Positions 62,104-64,000 of a stretch of DNA of 64,000 nucleotides are shown here, in pieces. Under the pieces are notes generated by a model. It was given only the letters and a program-made list of their open reading frames with translations. It did no database searches and was not told where the DNA came from. How positions within the stretch are numbered: position 1 is the first letter of the stretch; the number at the start of each line of letters is the position of its first letter. The position numbers and the translations under genes are program-made. Source of the DNA: Moniliella sp. 'wahieum' (taxonomy: Eukaryota); contig RSEE01000011.1 in assembly GCA_003971905.1 (NCBI GenBank), forward strand, positions 1 through 64,000. The letters run 5' to 3'.

Positions 62104-63788
62104 ATGGCCGGCCGTTTGGGAATGATGCAGCCGCCCGTCATCGTGCTCCGCGAGGGCACCGACTCGTCCCAGGGCACAGGCCAGCTGCTCAGCAACATTG
62201 GTGCGTGCCAAACCGTTGTGAACTGTGTCGCCTCCACCCTCGGCCCGCGCGGGATGGACAAGCTCATCATCGATGGCCGCGGCAAGAGCACCATCTCCAA
62301 CGATGGTGCGACCATCCTCAAGCTCCTGGAAATCGTCCACCCAGCTGCTCGCACCCTGGTCGACATTGCCCGCGCCCAGGACGCCGAGGTGGGCGACGGC
62401 ACAACCTCGGTGGTGCTCTTGGCCGGCGAGATGCTCAAGGAGGCCCGTCCGTTTATCGAGGATGGTGTTTCGCCCCACATTATCATCCGCGCTTTCCGTA
62501 CAGCTGCCCAGATGGCGGTCGAACGCGTCAAGCAGTTGGCCGTTGCCATTGACCGCAACGATCCTGTCGGCTTCCGTGACCTCCTGATGAAGTGTGGGGG
62601 ACTGCGATGAGCTCCAAACTCATCGTATCGCAACGCAGCTTCTTCAGCAACATGGTTGTCGATGCTGTCCAGACGCTTGACCAGGACGACTTGGATGAAA
62701 ATTTGATTGGGATCAAAAAGGTGCCTGGCGGCGGGATGCAAGACTCGCTGTTGGTCAAGGGCGTGGCGTTTAAGAAAACGTTTGCGTATGCTGGATTCGA
62801 GCAACAGCCCAAACGGTTCACCAATCCCAAGATCTTGAATCTGAATGTTGAGTTGGAACTTAAAGCAGAGAAGGACAATGCCGAGGTTCGAATCAACGAG
62901 TGGTGAGCGAGTACCAAGCCATTGTCGATGCCGAGTGGAACATTATCTATGCCAAACTCGAGGCCATCGTCCGCTCGGGAGCGCAGGTGGTGCTGTCCAA
63001 GTTGCCGATTGGCGATTTGGCTACCCAGTTCTTTGCCGACCGCGACATTTTCTGCGCTGGACGCGTCGCAGCGGACGACATGCAGCGGGTGATTCAAGCT
63101 GTCGGAGGATCGGTGCAGTCGACCGTGTCGGACTTGCCCTGAACACCTCGGCACGTGCGAGCTGTTTGAGGAGCGTCAGATCGGATCCGAGCGGTTCAAC
63201 CTCTTTGAGGGGTGCCAGGCAGCCAAGACGTGCACCCTCATCCTCCGTGGCGGAGCGGAACAGTTCATTGCTGAAGTGGAGCGGTCGTTGCACGATGCAA
63301 TCATGATTGTCAAGCGAGCGATCAAGAATGGTTCGATTGTCGCCGGTGGTGGGGCGGTGGAAATGGAGCTGTCGAAATACCTGCGCGAGTATGCCAGGAC
63401 GATCGAGGGGAAACAGCAATTGATCATTGGTGCGTTCGCCAAGGCACTCGAGGTGATCCCGCGCCAGATTGCGGACAATGCAGGGCTGGACGCGACGGAT
63501 TTGCTGAACCAGTTGCGGATGCGTCATGCCCAAGGCCATGCATGGGAAGGCATTGACATGGACACGGACGGCGTGGCGAACAACTTGGAAAAGTTTGTAT
63601 GGGAACCGTCGCTGGTCAAGATCAACGCCATCTCCTCAGCTGCCGAGGCTGCCACGCTCATCCTTTCCGTGGACGAGACGATCAAAAACCAACAGTCTGA
63701 GCGGCCAAACCCAGGCCCGGCGGCACCGCCTGGGACAGCGCAGCGCGCATTGCGCGGTGCTGGACGTCGGACCGGCGGGCGTCGTTGA
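62104..63788 (+). CDS. CCT7: T-complex protein 1 subunit eta (CCT/TRiC)
   Basis: [112 protein letters not shown]. Confidence 0.95.
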
Positions 63789-64000
63789 ACGTGTTGTCAA
63801 TGCTAGCGCATTCTCCGGTCTTTTCCCATGGTATCATTAGTATCATTGCTTTGCATGCTGGCCTCAGGCCCATCATGTGTCAATCAGTGAGGATAAAACA
63901 GGCGCCCTTCATGAGATGCAGCGAGATGGAAACATGCATCGTTGGGATATTTTGTAGTGGAGAGGAGGGAGCGCCAAGGGTATAGAGACTGATGATATAT

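Noticed and set aside
59231..63539. Long antisense ORFs opposite the Nup188-like gene and CCT7
   Set aside because: Expected shadow ORFs in GC-rich coding DNA; the sense frames explain the sequence.

Overview
Eukaryotic DNA from a GC-rich, intron-poor fungus, most likely a basidiomycete of the Ustilaginomycotina (smut-like) type. That taxon call is an inference from gene content, short GTRCGT...CTRAC...YAG introns and an intron-containing tRNA-Asp. Nearly every gene, including essential ones (Ras, SAR1, RPA12, CCT7), is broken by 1-bp indels, so this looks like an unpolished long-read assembly and many gene ends are approximate. Gene order: hypothetical protein, SYF2, a genuinely decayed casein kinase I pseudogene, RPA12, an Spt23/Mga2-type membrane-tethered transcription factor, Ras, a Pcl-type cyclin, an AVT3/4-type amino acid transporter, SAR1, an SGT1-like CS+SGS protein, an FCY2-type permease, a DHA1 MFS transporter, a YTP1-like protein, an SREBP-type bHLH factor, tRNA-Asp(GTC), a fungal phytochrome, a Nup188-like nucleoporin and CCT7. 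Three things stand out. (1) A non-autonomous miniature LTR element (TRIM-like) in tandem form, with three 240-bp LTRs and a perfect 5-bp TSD, sits about 0.4 kb upstream of the phytochrome with its LTR promoter facing the gene. (2) The long intergenic regions carry many different 7-bp repeat arrays that share one architecture: a 6-bp A...T palindrome plus one spacer base. (3) The CK1 copy carries true deletions and nonsense codons that differ in kind from the background sequencing errors.
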